This document shows positions 1 through 9,331 of a stretch of 64,000 nucleotides of DNA, piece by piece. The notes beneath the pieces were generated by a model. It made no database searches. It was not told the DNA's origin and saw only the letters and a list, made by a program, of their open reading frames with translations. Location of the stretch: positions 1 through 64,000 of the forward strand of contig CANJVR010000009.1 of NCBI GenBank assembly GCA_947478395.1. Direction: 5' to 3'. The number at the start of each line of letters is the position of its first letter. The first letter of the stretch is position 1. The DNA is from Opitutia bacterium. Lineage in GTDB: Bacteria > Verrucomicrobiota > Verrucomicrobiia > Opitutales > Opitutaceae. Position numbers and translations under genes: made by a program.

Positions 1-644
1 GCGCCGAGGTCGTGGTGCAGGCGCTGTTTTCGCAGTACGACACGCGACACAATATCAACAATTTCGATTACATCCGCGGTGCGATCGATGTGTTTTTGTG
101 GACCGGCGACCTCGAGTTTATGCGGGCCGCCGCCGCCGTCACGCGCGGGCTCAATTGTATTTTGGCCACGCAGATCCTCGTCCAAGGCCGCCGCACCGTC
201 TGGTGTCAGCAACACGATCCCCTGACGCTCGCGCCCACCTCGGCGCGCAACTACGAGATGCCTTCTCAATCGAGCGGAGAGAGCGCCGGCCTCGTGTTAT
301 TTTTGATGGAGTTGCCGAACCCATCACCCGAGGTCGTAACCGCCGTGCATGCGGCCGCGGCTTGGTTTGAAAAAACCGCATTGCAAGGCGTGATCTTCAA
401 GCCCGCGCCCGACGGCAGCGGCCGACGGCTCCAAGCCGCACCGGGCGCGCCCTCACTGTGGCCGCGTTACGCTGAGATCGGCAGCGATCGCCCCCTTTTC
501 GGCGACCGCGATAAAACGATCCATGACGACGTGAATGAAATCTCCCAAGAGCGCCGCAACGGCTACGCTTGGTTTGGCGACGGCCCGAAGCGCGCCCTCG
601 ATCATTACCGCAAGTGGGCCCAAGCGCATCCGCGTGCGCGTTGA
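1..644 (+). CDS. pelA: Pectate lyase, polysaccharide lyase family 10 (PelA-like), 5' end outside window
   Basis: Motifs WCQQHD, P..AR.YE.PS.S.GES, W.RYAEIG..RPLFGDRD and I..ERRNGYAW are typical of PL10 catalytic domains; the frame is open from the window edge. Confidence 0.8.
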   Translation, partial: AEVVVQALFSQYDTRHNINNFDYIRGAIDVFLWTGDLEFMRAAAAVTRGLNCILATQILVQGRRTVWCQQHDPLTLAPTSARNYEMPSQSSGESAGLVLFLMELPNPSPEVVTAVHAAAAWFEKTALQGVIFKPAPDGSGRRLQAAPGAPSLWPRYAEIGSDRPLFGDRDKTIHDDVNEISQERRNGYAWFGDGPKRALDHYRKWAQAHPRAR

Positions 645-689
645 TTCCGAAAAAAATCCGCTCGAATTACGCGCGGGCGGAAAAAGCCG

Positions 690-720
690 TTGACAGTGCC
701 GACTGGGCGAGCGTTTCTCT
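690..720 (+). promoter_or_regulatory. Putative sigma70 promoter of the tRNA gene
   Basis: Perfect TTGACA at 690-695, about 40 nt upstream of the tRNA; the -10 element is weak. Confidence 0.45.
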
Positions 721-732
721 ACCTCCCGTTGT

Positions 733-809
<77 letters not shown>

Positions 810-815
810 ATTTAT

Positions 816-855
816 CTCCCTCGTAGACCTAACGGTTACGAGGGAGTATTGTTTT
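816..855 (+). terminator. Intrinsic terminator after tRNA
   Basis: CTCCCTCGTA (816-825) pairs with TACGAGGGAG (837-846), followed by TATTGTTTT. Confidence 0.7.
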
Positions 856-952
856 AGAAAGCTCCCCGAAGGGCGTCCGAAGTGGACGGCGATCGGAGGG
901 GTTCAGCAACGGCCGGTGCCCGCACCCTGCTAAAACTTCGTTGGCGGTTTGG

Positions 953-1023
953 GGAGCGGCCGGCGTCCCTGCCTGCCGGGTTCAGCGTCTTGGTTTCGGC
1001 AAGCAGGGGCACCTGCCGCGCAC
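953..1023. repeat. GTAG-type REP-like inverted-repeat element, degenerate copy
   Basis: GGAGCGGCCGGCGTCCCTGCCTGCC...GGCAAGCAGGGGCACCTGCCGCGCAC; same arms as 4841-4915. Confidence 0.7.
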
Positions 1024-1032
1024 GCGGCGCGG

Positions 1033-2292
1033 TCAGGGGACAAGCGGGTAGTTGAACACAAACTTGCCGGAGCTTTCCGGCAGAAGAAATTTCGTCTGGA
1101 TCGCCTCGATTTTTTCCCGTGGCTGGATCAGCTCTTCAAGTTTTCCCAACGCCGTATCGATGGATTTTTTTGGAGCGCCATCGTCCTCTGAGATGTAACT
1201 CAGCACGAAACTTCCGGAGCTGATTTCGTGCAGGCGATAGTGCACGAGGCCTTCGCCGCCGACAAAACACTGATCGACGTCACGGGTCGTAATGCGGCGT
1301 CCGTCCGGAGCCTTCAGCGTATCGGGCGCCCGACCGTGAAGAAGGTAGGTCGTGCCGCCGCCCCCCTCGCTCGCGTTCGAACGGGCCTCAACCAGATCGC
1401 CGATCCGGTAGTTCAAGAGCGGCATGTAATCGTTACTGAGGGTCGAAACTACGAGCTCACCGATCCCGCGATCGTCTTGGTTGATGACGTCAAGGTGGGC
1501 GACGTTCCTGCTGGCAACCATCCGGCCGGCTCCGTCCTCCATCAAGAGATGACCGGTCTCGGTCGATCCGTAGAGATTGTAGACGGGCACGCCGAATACC
1601 CGCTCCAGAATCCGTTGATGCAGGACACTCGTATACTCGTAGGTCGTGAGGACGAACTTGAGCTTGGGGAACTTAACTTTCCGGCGTTCGCAGTGGAGCG
1701 CGAAGACCACCGCGTAAACCGGATCGGTATCCAAAAATACGGGGTCCCAATCAACCGCCTCTTCAATCATCCGGTCCAAGTCGTCGCTGCTTAACAAAAA
1801 CGGAAAACGCGAAAGACTTAAAAAACGCGTGAGACCCAGTGTCCTGCGTTTGGCGGAAGGAGTCCCGTTATAGGTGATGTCACCGTTACAGGCCGGCGAG
1901 GAGATCGTCACGCGATGCGCACCAGGATTTTCCGCCAAAACCTGCGCGATGGGGGCATTGAGCGCCAACGCCCACATTTCCTGGCGCGCCCACCAACCCT
2001 GCTCGAGCAGCAGGTCCGCGCGGTTGTCCGTCGTGCCAGCCGTATGTTCGACCTCGACCAATTTTTTCGCCACGAGCTCGTCGAGCGACTGGCCCGCGCG
2101 AAGAAAGTTTCGGGGGAAATCCTGTTTGATGTCTTGCTTGTTGATGTACGGGAGCGCGGCCAGCAGCTCGGACCACGTTGCGCGGTCGCTCGCCTTGGTT
2201 GCCGCCCGATAAAGCGGCACCTCGCGAACGTATTCCCGCAGTTTCTCATCGCGGTTTCTCAACGCGGCCGGCACATGATCGATTTCACTCAC
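1033..2292 (-). CDS. Phenylacetate-CoA ligase (PaaK)/F390 synthetase-like adenylate-forming enzyme
   Basis: HTAGTT P-loop-like motif, YNLYGSTETG, GELVVSTL.N..MPLLNYRIGD, SSGKF; GTG start chosen 20 nt after the nifS stop. Confidence 0.8.
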   Translation of the reverse strand: MSEIDHVPAALRNRDEKLREYVREVPLYRAATKASDRATWSELLAALPYINKQDIKQDFPRNFLRAGQSLDELVAKKLVEVEHTAGTTDNRADLLLEQGWWARQEMWALALNAPIAQVLAENPGAHRVTISSPACNGDITYNGTPSAKRRTLGLTRFLSLSRFPFLLSSDDLDRMIEEAVDWDPVFLDTDPVYAVVFALHCERRKVKFPKLKFVLTTYEYTSVLHQRILERVFGVPVYNLYGSTETGHLLMEDGAGRMVASRNVAHLDVINQDDRGIGELVVSTLSNDYMPLLNYRIGDLVEARSNASEGGGGTTYLLHGRAPDTLKAPDGRRITTRDVDQCFVGGEGLVHYRLHEISSGSFVLSYISEDDGAPKKSIDTALGKLEELIQPREKIEAIQTKFLLPESSGKFVFNYPLVP

Positions 2293-2311
2293 GGTAATTG
2301 CTTGGTTTAAA

Positions 2312-3517
2312 TCACACCGCCTGAGCGACGGGTTTGGGATTAAAGGACCGGGCCGTAGCGCGCGGAGAAGCCGCCGCTCGTAAGGCCGCAACGACCGGTG
2401 GCAGATGGCTCATCAGATAGGCGATGTCGTCTTCTGATGTTTCGTAATCGAGACTGAAGCGCATCGTGCTGCGGGCGGCCGCCGGGCTTAGCCCCATCGC
2501 GGTCAAAACGTGCGAGGGCGCGACCGAGCCGGTCGTGCAAGCTGAGCCACTCGAAGCCAAGATATTGAGCTGATCCAGCATCATGAGGAGCGCTTCCGCT
2601 TCCACGCCCGCAAACGATATGCTCGTGGTGTTCGGCAAACGCGGCTCCTTCGCGCCGTTGCGGACGGTGTGCGGGATCCTGGCCAAGATTTCACTTTCGA
2701 GCCGATCGCGCCGGGCCGCGAGATTCTGCTGCGATGCAACCGTCACCGCACGGGCCAGCTCAGCCGCCCGGCCGAACGCCACGATGTAGGGCACATTTTC
2801 GGTCCCACCCCGATTTCCTTCTTCCTGATGCCCTCCGATGATCAGCCCGCGAAACGGAGTGCCTTGGCGAACGTAGAGCAGGCCGACGCCTTTTGGGCCG
2901 TGGAGCTTATGCGCGGAAAGCGAAAGCAAATCTACGCCGAGCTTATTGACATCGAGCCGCAATTTTCCCGGCACCTGCACGGCATCCGTGTGAATGAGAA
3001 TGCCACGCTCGCGGCAAATGGCCGCGATCTTTCGAATGGGAAACAGAACGCCGGTCTCGTTGTTCGCCCACATGATCGAAACGACCGCCGTGTCGGGCCG
3101 CAGCGATTTTTCGAACACCGTAAGATCGAGTGAACCGTCACTCTTCACGGGCAGGTAAGTGACTTCGTAGCCTCGCTCCTCCAAGGCCGCGCAGCAGTTC
3201 CTGGTCGCTGAGTGCTCGACCGCGGTCGTCACAATATGCCGCTTGGTCGGCTGGGAATAAAGGCAGCTCGTGATTGCGGTGTTGATGCTCTCCGTCCCGC
3301 AGCTCGTGAAGATGATCTCAGCGGAGTCGGCACCGATGAGCGCAGCTACAGATTCGCGCGCGGCCTCAATCGGTTTCACAAGGCTTTTGCCGATGCGGTA
3401 CGGGCTCGAAGGATTGCCCCATTTTTCGGTCAAATAAGGCAGCATCGCTTGCAGTACCTCCGGTGCGACACTCGTGGTGGCATTGCTGTCGAAATAGTAA
3501 GTCTTGGACGCGGTCAT
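2312..3517 (-). CDS. nifS: Cysteine desulfurase (NifS/IscS group I)
   Basis: YFDSNATT, GNPSS, HTDAVQ, SAHKLHGPKG (PLP Lys), SSGSACT (catalytic Cys). Confidence 0.92.
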   Translation of the reverse strand: MTASKTYYFDSNATTSVAPEVLQAMLPYLTEKWGNPSSPYRIGKSLVKPIEAARESVAALIGADSAEIIFTSCGTESINTAITSCLYSQPTKRHIVTTAVEHSATRNCCAALEERGYEVTYLPVKSDGSLDLTVFEKSLRPDTAVVSIMWANNETGVLFPIRKIAAICRERGILIHTDAVQVPGKLRLDVNKLGVDLLSLSAHKLHGPKGVGLLYVRQGTPFRGLIIGGHQEEGNRGGTENVPYIVAFGRAAELARAVTVASQQNLAARRDRLESEILARIPHTVRNGAKEPRLPNTTSISFAGVEAEALLMMLDQLNILASSGSACTTGSVAPSHVLTAMGLSPAAARSTMRFSLDYETSEDDIAYLMSHLPPVVAALRAAASPRATARSFNPKPVAQAV

Positions 3518-3867
3518 GGCGAAAACCTGGATTGAGGTGCGACGATAAGAGAAGGCGATGCGGTGAACGATGGGTGGGAACTCCGAACCGCGAAAGGGGA
3601 CTTCCGTTATTCAAAACCGTCAACTCTCCTGGCGAAAACCCCGTCGCGATACGTAATGTCGCCCGATCATACTCAGGCCGATGAGCGCGGCCACGACCGC
3701 TGGTTTGATCTCCCGGCGGTGAAACCGGCGCACCTCGGCCGGCACCCGACACGCGCCAGTCGCCTCGCGCCCCTAACGCAAGCGCGGCGGAAAGACTCGA
3801 CAGTTAAATTTGCGCGACAACCTTCGGTCGTTCGCTCCGTCAAGCGGAACTCAAACCCCTACTCAAA

Positions 3868-4716
3868 ATGATTCCTGCCCAGCGCTCCCATCCCTTCTCC
3901 GCCGCGGCCGTTGCGTGCGCGGGTTTACTGCTCGCGGTTTCCGCCGTGCCGCTCTGCGCCCAAGCCCCGGTGTTCACCGAAGACTTCGAGTCCGGCAGCC
4001 TGAACCAGGCCGTCTGGAAGACGACCGAGCTCGGCAACGCCACCGCGACGGTTCAGAAAACCCAAGTCGCGCACGGCAAGTCGGCGCTGCAAATCCACTA
4101 TCCCAAGGGCGAAAAAAGCTTCGCTTTTATCGTCGCCTCGCACCTGCCGGATTCGGTCCGCAACCACTGCTTCGGACGGGCCTATCTCTATATCACTCCG
4201 ACCATGCCCGCCGGCCACGACGTGCTGCTCAACGCCGGCACCGCCGGATATCCGATTTCAAACTTCCTCGAGATCGGCGCCTCCGGCGGGAAAAACGTGA
4301 TGGTGTCCTACCAGCAAAACGCGGCGGATATTCCGCGCAATGAAACGATCGCGCGCGGCATGCTCTATCCGGTGGGCCGCTGGTTCTGCCTCGAGTGGGA
4401 ATTTCAGGATCACCCCGATCGCGTCATGACTTGGATCGACGGCGAGCCGGCCGGTGAATTGAAGGATTTCGTCGTGAAGCCCCGCGCCCCCCGCGCGCCC
4501 AGGGCTGATCCAAATGCCCCGGCCGCCGCTGCCGCTGCGCCCGCTCCGGCGCCGGTCGCGCCCCCGCAGGCTGACGTCCCCGGCACCGATCTCGTGAAGG
4601 GTTTCGTCGATTTCTCGTTTGGCTTCCACTCTTGGGGCGCGGGCGCGAAAGAAGATTTTGATATCTATTACGACGACATCGTCATCGACACCAAGCGCGT
4701 CGGCCTCGTGAAGTAA
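3868..4716 (+). CDS. Secreted beta-sandwich (ConA-like/Cip1-like) protein
   Basis: Signal peptide; EDFESG...W, AHGKSAL, GRWFCLEW and DIYYDDIVI pattern; Ala/Pro-rich insert. Confidence 0.6.
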   Translation: MIPAQRSHPFSAAAVACAGLLLAVSAVPLCAQAPVFTEDFESGSLNQAVWKTTELGNATATVQKTQVAHGKSALQIHYPKGEKSFAFIVASHLPDSVRNHCFGRAYLYITPTMPAGHDVLLNAGTAGYPISNFLEIGASGGKNVMVSYQQNAADIPRNETIARGMLYPVGRWFCLEWEFQDHPDRVMTWIDGEPAGELKDFVVKPRAPRAPRADPNAPAAAAAAPAPAPVAPPQADVPGTDLVKGFVDFSFGFHSWGAGAKEDFDIYYDDIVIDTKRVGLVK

Positions 4717-4743
4717 CGGCGGCCCCTTTCGTTCTCAAAATGC

Positions 4744-4774
4744 AAAAGGCCCGGGAATTTTCCCGGGCCTTTTT
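4744..4774 (+). terminator. Intrinsic terminator, probably bidirectional
   Basis: AAAAGGCCCGGGAA-TT-TTCCCGGGCCTTTTT between convergent genes. Confidence 0.85.
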
Positions 4775-4840
4775 CGTCGGTCAAATTTGGCGCTGTTTTG
4801 AGCCTGTGGACGGTTTAACCCAAAGCTAGTCGCTCACGAC

Positions 4841-4915
4841 GTAGTGGCAGGCGTCCCTGCCTGCCTGCCCGAATCTACGAAGCCGAACCCGGCAGGCAGG
4901 GACGCCTGCCGCTAC
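4841..4915. repeat. GTAG-type REP-like inverted-repeat element, best-preserved copy
   Basis: GTAGTGGCAGGCGTCCCTGCCTGCC (4841-4865) versus the reverse complement of 4891-4915, GTAGCGGCAGGCGTCCCTGCCTGCC: 24/25 identical. Confidence 0.85.
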
Positions 4916-5032
4916 GCAAAACGGACCCATAAAACTTAACACGCCCGATCCCAAAAGCCCAACGGGCTGATCGGTGAAGGCCAGAGCGCTGACGCGCGCT
5001 GGCCCACGGTCGGAGGGTTATGCAGAACCCTG

Positions 5033-6430
5033 TTAAGCCAGCGAGAGCCGGCCCGTGCTGTCGCCGAGTCGGTCGAGCGGTGCGCCCACGCGGTCGAGCA
5101 TCGAGAGCCAAAGATTCGTGATCGGTTGCCCCTCGTAGCTGATGTGCCGGCCACCCGCGACGGTGCCGCCACCCTTACCGATCAAGAGCGTCGGCAGGTT
5201 GTCGTGGTTGTGGCGGTTGCCGTCGCTGTTGCCGGAGCCGTACGCGATCAGTGAATTATCGAGAATCGAGCCCCCGTTGCTCTCCTTAATGCCGTCGAGT
5301 TTCTTCAGCACGTACGCGAGTTGTTCGACGTGGTATTTGTTGATCTTCGCGAGCATCGCCTGCTTGGCCGGATCGCCCATGTGGTGGGACGTACCGTGGT
5401 GGGCAACGCCAGCGCCAGCCCACGCGTAGGTCTGGTTGCTCTGTTCATCGGCAAACGGAAACGTGATCACCCGCGTGAGGTCCGTCTGAAACGCGAGGAC
5501 GAACAAATCGAGCATCAGCGGAAGGTGCACGACGTAGTTGTCCTTCGTCGTCGCACCGCCGAGTTTGCGCGTGCCAGCGGTGTTGTCGAAATCGCTCGGG
5601 CGGACCGCACCGGCGGGAATTGCCGTCGGCGATTCAGCCGCCTGGCCGAGGCGGACTTCGATCTCGCGGATGGACGTGAGATACTCGTCCATTTTTTGTT
5701 TGTCGGTGTAAGTGAGATTTTTTTCGAGGCGGTGCGCGTCGTTGAGCACGAAATCGAGGATGCTCTTGCGGTTACCCTCGCGCCGGGCGCGCATCTCGGC
5801 GGTCTCGAGCGGATCGCCGTTCGCGAACATCCGGTCGAAAATTGATTTTGGGCTGCAGTCCTTCACGACCGGTGTCGTGTCACTGCGCCACGAGATCGTG
5901 TGCGAATAGGCGCAACTGTAGCCGCTGTCGCAGCGACCGATCTGCTGGCCTTCCTCGATGCCGAACTCGAGCGAGCGGAAACGCGTCAGGTGACCGATCT
6001 TATCGGCCGCGGCCTGGTCCGCGGAGCGACCGAGCTTGAGGTTGGCGCCCTCGGTCTTGCGCGGCTGCGTGCCGGTAAGATAAGCGGACATCGCACGCGC
6101 GTGGTCGCCGGGGCCATCGCCGTTCGGGTTGGCCTTGTCGCAAACGAGGCCGCTGACGACGGAGAATTTGTCCTTGAACGGCGCGAGCGGCATGAGCGTC
6201 GGCGTGAGTTCATACGAGGAGCCAACCGCGGCCGGCGTCCAGTTCTGCATGTCGATGCCGTTGGGCACATACATCCAGGCGACGCGCTTCGGCGCCGCAA
6301 CGGCCTTGGCCGCGGCCTTCGCCTCGGCGCCGAGGAGGCGCGTGGGAATCATCGAATCGAGCACGGGCAATGCGATTGCCGTACCGAGACCGCGCAACAT
6401 CGTGCGCCGCGAAAGAATAAGTTCACTCAT
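5033..6430 (-). CDS. DUF1552 family Tat-exported protein
   Basis: SRRTMLRG twin-Arg signal; YVPNG, CDSGYSCAY, FQTDLTRV, HHGTSHH and DGNRHNH motifs; 4-nt overlap with the upstream PSCyt gene. Confidence 0.85.
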   Translation of the reverse strand: MSELILSRRTMLRGLGTAIALPVLDSMIPTRLLGAEAKAAAKAVAAPKRVAWMYVPNGIDMQNWTPAAVGSSYELTPTLMPLAPFKDKFSVVSGLVCDKANPNGDGPGDHARAMSAYLTGTQPRKTEGANLKLGRSADQAAADKIGHLTRFRSLEFGIEEGQQIGRCDSGYSCAYSHTISWRSDTTPVVKDCSPKSIFDRMFANGDPLETAEMRARREGNRKSILDFVLNDAHRLEKNLTYTDKQKMDEYLTSIREIEVRLGQAAESPTAIPAGAVRPSDFDNTAGTRKLGGATTKDNYVVHLPLMLDLFVLAFQTDLTRVITFPFADEQSNQTYAWAGAGVAHHGTSHHMGDPAKQAMLAKINKYHVEQLAYVLKKLDGIKESNGGSILDNSLIAYGSGNSDGNRHNHDNLPTLLIGKGGGTVAGGRHISYEGQPITNLWLSMLDRVGAPLDRLGDSTGRLSLA

Positions 6431-9186
6431 ATGTCACCTGGTTTTTTTCTGCCGTTTCGTTTCTGGAAAGCGTCACTCTGCACGATCTCCTCGATCAGCG
6501 TAGAGAACTTGTAGCCATTTTGCTTCATCGCCGCGGTGATGGTGTCCGTCGTCCGGCGGTCATACGACTCGAGGCCGCGACCGAGGGCAAAGGTCATCAT
6601 CTTGCCCGTGAGGCAACTCACGAACTCGTCACTTTGCGATTTGATAATCTTCCGCAATTCGACCGGACCGTTGAACGACCGTCCGCCGGGCAAGGTGCCC
6701 GCCGCATCGATTTTTTCCGTGCCGTCCTGCGTACGCCACGCGCCGGTGGCGTCGAAATTCTCGAGAGCGAAGCCGATGCCATCCATCTGCTCGTGACAGG
6801 TGGCGCACGCCGGTTTCGCGCGGTGCTGTTCCATGCGCTGGCGGAGCGAGCCCGTGAGCTCGGCGGCTTTACCCTCTTCGAGCGCGGGGACGTTTGGCGG
6901 TGGTGGCGGTGGCGCAGCGTCGAGAAGATTTTCCAAAACCCACTTGCCGCGCTGCACCGGCGAGGTGCGGCCGGGATAAGACGTGATCGTGAGAATACTC
7001 GCCTGCGTGATGAGGCCGCCGCGCGCCTGGCCCGCGAGTGACACCCGTTGGAAGTCTTCGCCCGAGATGCCCGGCACCCCGTAATGCTTCGCGAGTCGCG
7101 CGTTCATGTACGTGAAATCGGCGTCGATGAAATCGAGCACGCTGCGGTTTTCCTGCACGATGGCGTTAAAAAAGAGCTCGGTCTCTCGCGTCATCGCTTC
7201 GCGCAGCGCCGGATCGAAGTCGGGGAAGCGCGTGGTGTCAGGCGTGACGTTTTGCATCGCCCGCAACTGGAGCCACTGGCCGGCGAAATTCTCGACGAGC
7301 GACCCGGACTTCGGGTCCTTCAGCATCCGGCGGACTTGTGCGGCCAGATTGGCGCGGAGTTTTCCCTTGTCCGCCAAGGCGAACAATTCGTCGTCCGGCA
7401 TGCTGCTCCAGAGAAAATAAGAGAGCCGCGAGGCCAGTTCATAATCGGTCAACGCGTGAACCGCGCCCTCCGCCGGCTGCGGCTCCTGTTCCATTCGGAA
7501 AAGAAACGGCGGCGAAGCGAGCACGGCTTGCAATGGAACCTCAATGCTCTGGTCGAACGGACGGCCGTCGCTGTCGGCTCGGGCCCAAAGCCCCATCAGG
7601 TTCGCCAGTTCCTCGTCCTGCACGGGGCGGCGATAGGCGCGCGTCGCGAACGTGCGGAGGATTTTTTCCGCCGCCTGCGGTTTCGTCACCGTCGCAGACG
7701 GTTGTGCGACCAGCACGCGACGGTAGCTCTCGGGCATCCGGTCGGGCGTGACCGCGAGGGGACCTTCCACTTCAAAAAATATAACGCCGGCCGTCGGCTT
7801 CGGTGGGGCCGGCGGACCGCCGCCACCGCGAGCGCCGGCCGCGCCACCGCGACCCGCCGCGCCGCCGCGGGCAGCTCCGGCGCGACCGCGAGCCGCGCCC
7901 GCTCCTGCGGCCGGCGCGGCACCATCGGCCGCAGCGACCTTGGGTGCAGCCGCCAGCGCAGCGGCCGCGGCCGCCTCGGCCGCATTTTCCGCGGCGAGCG
8001 TGGCTGCTTCTTCGGCGGCGATTTCAGCCTCGGTTTTGACCTTCGGCGGCGGAGTCTTACGCGCGTATTCCTCGGCTTCCTCCGGCGTTGAGCCGTTGAC
8101 CAGCGCGAGGGCAATGCGGTGTTTGCCCGCCGTCAGTTTGGTTTTTTCGAGCGCGTACACGGACGTGTTGCGCTGATCCTCTTTAATCGTGAGCGGTTTT
8201 CCGGCGGGCACGCCGTCGACGGTAAATTCCATCGCCGGGCGCTGCCGGTCCGCGCCTTGCGTGCCGTAAGCGCGAAAGCGGAACACATATTCGCCGTCGG
8301 CCGGCAACTCGTAATCGGCGTAAATCTGACCGTTGGAGTTAAAGAGCCGGCCGATGGGCATTGACCGGCGCGGCGGCACGCCCGGCGGCGGTTCGGGAGC
8401 ACCGGGCGGCGTCGTGCTTGCGACCGCCGTCGGATCGCCCTTCGGAATCGAGCCATCGGCGAGCGTCGCGTCCCAACGTTTCAGAGGTGCAGGCGCGATC
8501 GGGTCGCTGTGGATCGCCTTGTCGACGGCGAGTCCGGCCGCGGTGAGATATTTTTCCATCAGCACCGGTGCGATCGAGAGGACGTCGCCGTTGTTGTCGA
8601 AGCCGTAGCCGGCATCGTCCACCGGGAAAACGTCCGCCGGACGGATGTCGATCGCGAGCAAGTCGCGGATGGTGTTATTATATTCGGCGCGATTGAGCCG
8701 ACGAAGCGTGACGCGGCCGGGATTGATCGGGCCGTTCGGATCGCCCACGAGATACGTTTTCAACCAACCGACAACCTTTGCCCGCTCGGCCTCTTCGGGC
8801 TGGGGCTCGTCCTTCGGCGGCATCTTGTGGTTCGCCAGGTTCTTGAGCGCCTTTTCAAGCGATTTGCCGCCATCTTCCAGCGCGGCCGCATCGCGAATCA
8901 CGTCGAGCCGGAAGCCGTTCTCAGCGTTGGCGTCGCCGTGGCACTCATAGCAGTGCTTCGCCAGAAACGGCTGCACATTGCGATGGAAGTCTTCCCACGT
9001 GTTCGCGGGCTTCGCCGCAACCGCCAGCGCTACCTTCGCCGGCGTTTTCGGCTCGGCACTTTTCAGCGCGGCCTGCGGCGCGACCGCGGTGCTGGAGCAA
9101 GCGGCCAGGATCAAACCGACCCCGGACAATAAAAATGGCAGCCCCAACCTGGGGAGGGCGCGCGCAAGCAGAACGGTAAGTCTCAT
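6427..9186 (-). CDS. PSCyt/DUF1587-1595-1592-1588-1585 cytochrome c domain protein
   Basis: CYECH and CATCH heme motifs, LRRLNRAEYNNTIRDL, ELASRLSYFLWSSMPD, RTSPVQRGKWVL; possible lipobox LAAC; start placed at MRLTV. Confidence 0.85.
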   Translation of the reverse strand: MRLTVLLARALPRLGLPFLLSGVGLILAACSSTAVAPQAALKSAEPKTPAKVALAVAAKPANTWEDFHRNVQPFLAKHCYECHGDANAENGFRLDVIRDAAALEDGGKSLEKALKNLANHKMPPKDEPQPEEAERAKVVGWLKTYLVGDPNGPINPGRVTLRRLNRAEYNNTIRDLLAIDIRPADVFPVDDAGYGFDNNGDVLSIAPVLMEKYLTAAGLAVDKAIHSDPIAPAPLKRWDATLADGSIPKGDPTAVASTTPPGAPEPPPGVPPRRSMPIGRLFNSNGQIYADYELPADGEYVFRFRAYGTQGADRQRPAMEFTVDGVPAGKPLTIKEDQRNTSVYALEKTKLTAGKHRIALALVNGSTPEEAEEYARKTPPPKVKTEAEIAAEEAATLAAENAAEAAAAAALAAAPKVAAADGAAPAAGAGAARGRAGAARGGAAGRGGAAGARGGGGPPAPPKPTAGVIFFEVEGPLAVTPDRMPESYRRVLVAQPSATVTKPQAAEKILRTFATRAYRRPVQDEELANLMGLWARADSDGRPFDQSIEVPLQAVLASPPFLFRMEQEPQPAEGAVHALTDYELASRLSYFLWSSMPDDELFALADKGKLRANLAAQVRRMLKDPKSGSLVENFAGQWLQLRAMQNVTPDTTRFPDFDPALREAMTRETELFFNAIVQENRSVLDFIDADFTYMNARLAKHYGVPGISGEDFQRVSLAGQARGGLITQASILTITSYPGRTSPVQRGKWVLENLLDAAPPPPPPNVPALEEGKAAELTGSLRQRMEQHRAKPACATCHEQMDGIGFALENFDATGAWRTQDGTEKIDAAGTLPGGRSFNGPVELRKIIKSQSDEFVSCLTGKMMTFALGRGLESYDRRTTDTITAAMKQNGYKFSTLIEEIVQSDAFQKRNGRKKPGDI

Positions 9187-9331
9187 CAGAAGCGGTGGGG
9201 ATTGGTTGGGTCGAAATCTGGACTCGGGGCGAAGGACGCACCGCTGGAACAATCGTTGCAGCGACGCAGCCCCGGAACAAGGAAACCCCCGGCCACGATG
9301 GAGCGGATTTTCATGACAGTCTGAATTGGGG

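Noticed and set aside
810..1030. Possible integrative element at the tRNA 3' end
   Set aside because: No integrase and no duplicated tRNA 3' end seen elsewhere in the window.
3520..3860. Possible riboswitch upstream of nifS
   Set aside because: No SAM, TPP or cobalamin consensus recognised by eye; an Rfam scan would be needed.
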